A stretch of 64,000 nt of DNA from Heptranchias perlo (Eukaryota): NCBI RefSeq assembly GCF_035084215.1, contig NC_090327.1, forward strand, positions 64,976,001 to 65,040,000. Direction: 5' to 3'. The number at the start of each line of letters is the position of its first letter. Position 1 is the first letter of the stretch. The translations under genes and the position numbers were made by a program. This document shows positions 60,955-64,000 of this stretch, one piece after another. A model generated the notes under the pieces. The model was not told the DNA's origin, made no database searches, and worked only from the letters and a program-made list of their open reading frames with translations.

Positions 60955-61440
60955 AAAACAGACACAGGCAATTATAGACCCATTAGTCTTACTTCCATTC
61001 TGTGCAAAATTATGGAATTGACCTGAAGTAAACTTGATTATCTATACAGTAATAATCTAGTAAACAGCAGTCAAAATTGATTCAGAAGACAAAGATGTTG
61101 CCTGAAGAACCTTATTGACACATTTGAGGAAGTGATAATTTGCTTGGACTGTGGAAAGCCCCATGATATAGTGTGCTTAGACTTCCAAAAGGCATTTGAC
61201 AAAGTTCCACATGAAAGGCTATTGGTTAAACCCAAAAGCTGTGGGGAGTCAGTGTAAAGCTTAGAATGGATTAAAAAAAAGGTTTAAGGGTAAAAACCAA
61301 GTACCTATTAGAAGAGTTATATTGGGGTGAGCAGAAGTACTGAGTGGGGTGCCCCAGAGTGCAGTGTTGGGTTCAGAAACTCAATGCAAAATGGTCAAAT
61401 GGAGATGAAAATCATAGAATCATTCAAGAAATAACTGGAT
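60955..61440 (+). mobile_element. Degraded CR1 RT fragment
   Basis: GNYRPISLTSILCKIME, LDFQKAFDKVPHERLL, SGVPQSAVLG. Confidence 0.8.
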
Positions 61441-63775
61441 GTGGGGCCTAGTTTGTGGGATGGCCTTGAGAGGGCAGAGCCTCTGTCTGCCCCTACAAGG
61501 CCATCGACATAAGAAACAGGGAACTCCCACTCATGAGGATCTCAGTCAGGACCCAGCACTACATCACCAGAGATGCATCTGGTTTCACCAGACATACCTC
61601 CCCTGGCACCTGGCAGAAGTGCAGCCCACTTGAGAGTCCAGGGTCAGACCAGTACCTGGCCCCCAAATATCAGGGTCAGAAACTTAAATAAAAATTTATG
61701 ACAAGAGGGTTGCATCCTTACCTTTCCAGGGGTGGAAGTGTGGGAAGACCTAGCACCCATGTCCCATCAAGTTTCGCCCAAAGTTTATGGCCCTTTTGGC
61801 ATTGAGTATTGTAGAAGTACCTCCAAATTGCCAAAAGCTCTCTTTTCCTCTCCCTTTACTCAGCAAACTCTGGCAGGGTCAGCAGCGGACTTGAATCCAG
61901 CCTAACTGCCTGAGGAATTTCCAGGCCAATAAGTTTTGGTGTGAAGAAAAAAGCTTCCAAGATTTCTTTAACTATCTTGGTGAGATAATGCAAGAACAAA
62001 GTTATGGCTGCAATTTAGAATTAGCAATTGATTCAGGCAGAGAAAAAAGATATTTTCCTATTAGAAAAGCAACAGCAAAACATGCTATGAATAATGAAGA
62101 ACAACGGAGATTATTCAGCAGTCACAGCTCTTATTATGTATAATTTAGGGAAAATAGTGTAGTTCATGAGATTACACTATGCAAAGTTCTTAAAGGGATA
62201 TTGTTTTTTCACTCCCCCATTGGGTAATTAGGAGGATAACTGACAATGGGGAAAGACTGGTAAGCGGATGAAATAGTTATTAACATATATTTTAGTTGCA
62301 AATGAAGGATGCCAAATGTATTTGTACTTTTCCCATAGTATGTAATGTAACTCTAGTGGAAGGGGTACAATTATACCAAGTAATTCAATTACCCTAAACC
62401 TACCCATGGGAAATATTGTTCATGCTGCCAATTGTGTATTTTTTTTTGGGGGGGGGGGGCGAGGCGAATGGAATCTAATGTACAGTAAATAAAACACAGC
62501 TTTCTACAGTAATGCTGCCTGATGCAAATTGACTATCAATTAGGCATTCAATATAGCAAGCAATAAAATATGGATATTGAATTAAACAGTTAATTCACCA
62601 CAGTAAGTTTCTGTAACTTTTTTCATCAACTGAAATGTCACCATGCAACTGAAAAGGAACACTAGACGTTCTCATTATCCTAGTTCAGTGGTAATAATTG
62701 AACTATTATGCTTTAGCCATGCAGAGAACATTTACAATACTGTCATCTAAATATTGTTGCATTCAATTAGTAAAATACTTCAGTCACTATTCTGTTACAT
62801 CACTGGAAACAATTTACTGTAGAAAACCAAAAGTAGCATATATAACATGTTTTTGAAAGTAAACCCACTTACTGTTCATAGAATACACAGTACTTTATAA
62901 ATTACTGAAGTTTTAAAAATGTTAGTTTCTTTTCTTTGGTGTTGCTTATGGGGAGTCAAGTGCAGTCTTCAGAGATCAAGTGGGGTTATAGTGTAGGAGA
63001 CAACTGAACCACGGCTAAGGGAGGACTGATGATGGAGGCCAAATGTGAAGTTACAACAGGGTGGGAAGGAGGAGGGTAAATAATTACACACACTCATATA
63101 CAGATATAAAAATAAACACAGTAATGGTGTTTAATTATCTTTAAACTGCAGAATCCTAGCAAGATATAAAATAACAAACAACAAATGACAATGAAATGAT
63201 AACTACATGGTTCAAACAGCAAACAAGCAATTATAAATAGAAATAAGTTTAAAATATTTACCAAAAAAAACTGCTTCCACTGCCATGCAAAACAAAGTAG
63301 CTCTTGGATAAGGCAACTCCATAATAAATTCTAGTTCCAGTACAGATTCATTTTTGCAAAAGAAAACTGTGACAGACCCTTTGTTCATCTCTACGTCAAG
63401 TTATGAAGCATAATAATGATGCACAATAACTGTGTAAAGAGTTAATTGTTTCTAAAAATGTTCTGCTTAATGAAAACTCCAAACATCATGGTTGACTTAT
63501 TTTGTGGTGTTATTTTGAAGAATTTTCTAAATTATAATTGCAAATCAAAAAGAGAATTCCTGTGACATTATCAGATATTAAAACATGTTCAGCCTGATTA
63601 CTCTCAAGAAATATTGGACATTTACTCTTTGAAATGAATAATTGAACATTTTCATCTTTTTCTGTTAAAATGTACAATTTGATTCACTTCCACGTATAAC
63701 AATCATTTGAGGCTGACGTGCTAAGATTCAAAATACACAGAAAGCAACCTTTTAAGACTTTATTTTAAACGTGAT

Positions 63776-64000
63776 GGGCCAGATTTTGGTACAGCGGGGC
63801 GTTGCGTGGCAGGCCCTGTTAGATAGACTTGCACGTTTAGGTTTTAAAATTTTTTGCCCACAAAAATTGCTGAAAGTGCGAGCTGATAATGGCGCAGCGA
63901 GGGCAACGGGGCATCTGGGACCCTGGTGAACAACAAGACAAACAGTGTATCTCCTTAACCAATGTGATTTAAGGATTGAGAAATAAACAGAGGAAGGTCT
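63776..64000. mobile_element. Left end of a Harbinger-type element running off the window
   Basis: Begins GGGCCAGATTTTGG like other TIRs; abrupt switch to CpG-rich sequence. Confidence 0.4.

Noticed and set aside
59493-64000. Penultimate atp6v1h exon
   Set aside because: No matching coding sequence recognised; it probably lies beyond the window.

Overview
Vertebrate genomic DNA, most likely a cartilaginous fish judging by its CR1/L2/SINE/Penelope/Harbinger repeat content (inference). It contains a complete kappa opioid receptor gene (oprk1) on the minus strand: coding exons 40232-39970, 21013-20661 and 14229-13703, totalling 1143 nt = 380 aa + TGA, with canonical GT-AG introns and a probable non-coding first exon. 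About 19 kb upstream lies the last coding exon of atp6v1h (59492-59432, minus strand, missed by the ORF track), the same neighbour as in human. The most notable signal is downstream of the oprk1 stop: TGA-CTA-A opens an in-frame 28-codon extension (LTAEMLSFSPQARDDFQDLGLTQITSAV*). It closely resembles my recollection of the human OPRK1 stop-codon-readthrough tail and ends in a class I PDZ ligand, suggesting very ancient programmed readthrough. Other points: a mu/delta-like ligand pocket in this kappa receptor, Penelope-type inverted-repeat relics with minimal hammerhead ribozyme cores, many Harbinger-type TIR elements whose spacers hold G/C minisatellites, a 7.6-kb G-rich intronic array ending in a 200-N gap, a 431-bp tandem duplication and a 48-bp templated insertion. 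All coordinates were read by eye; repeat boundaries are approximate.
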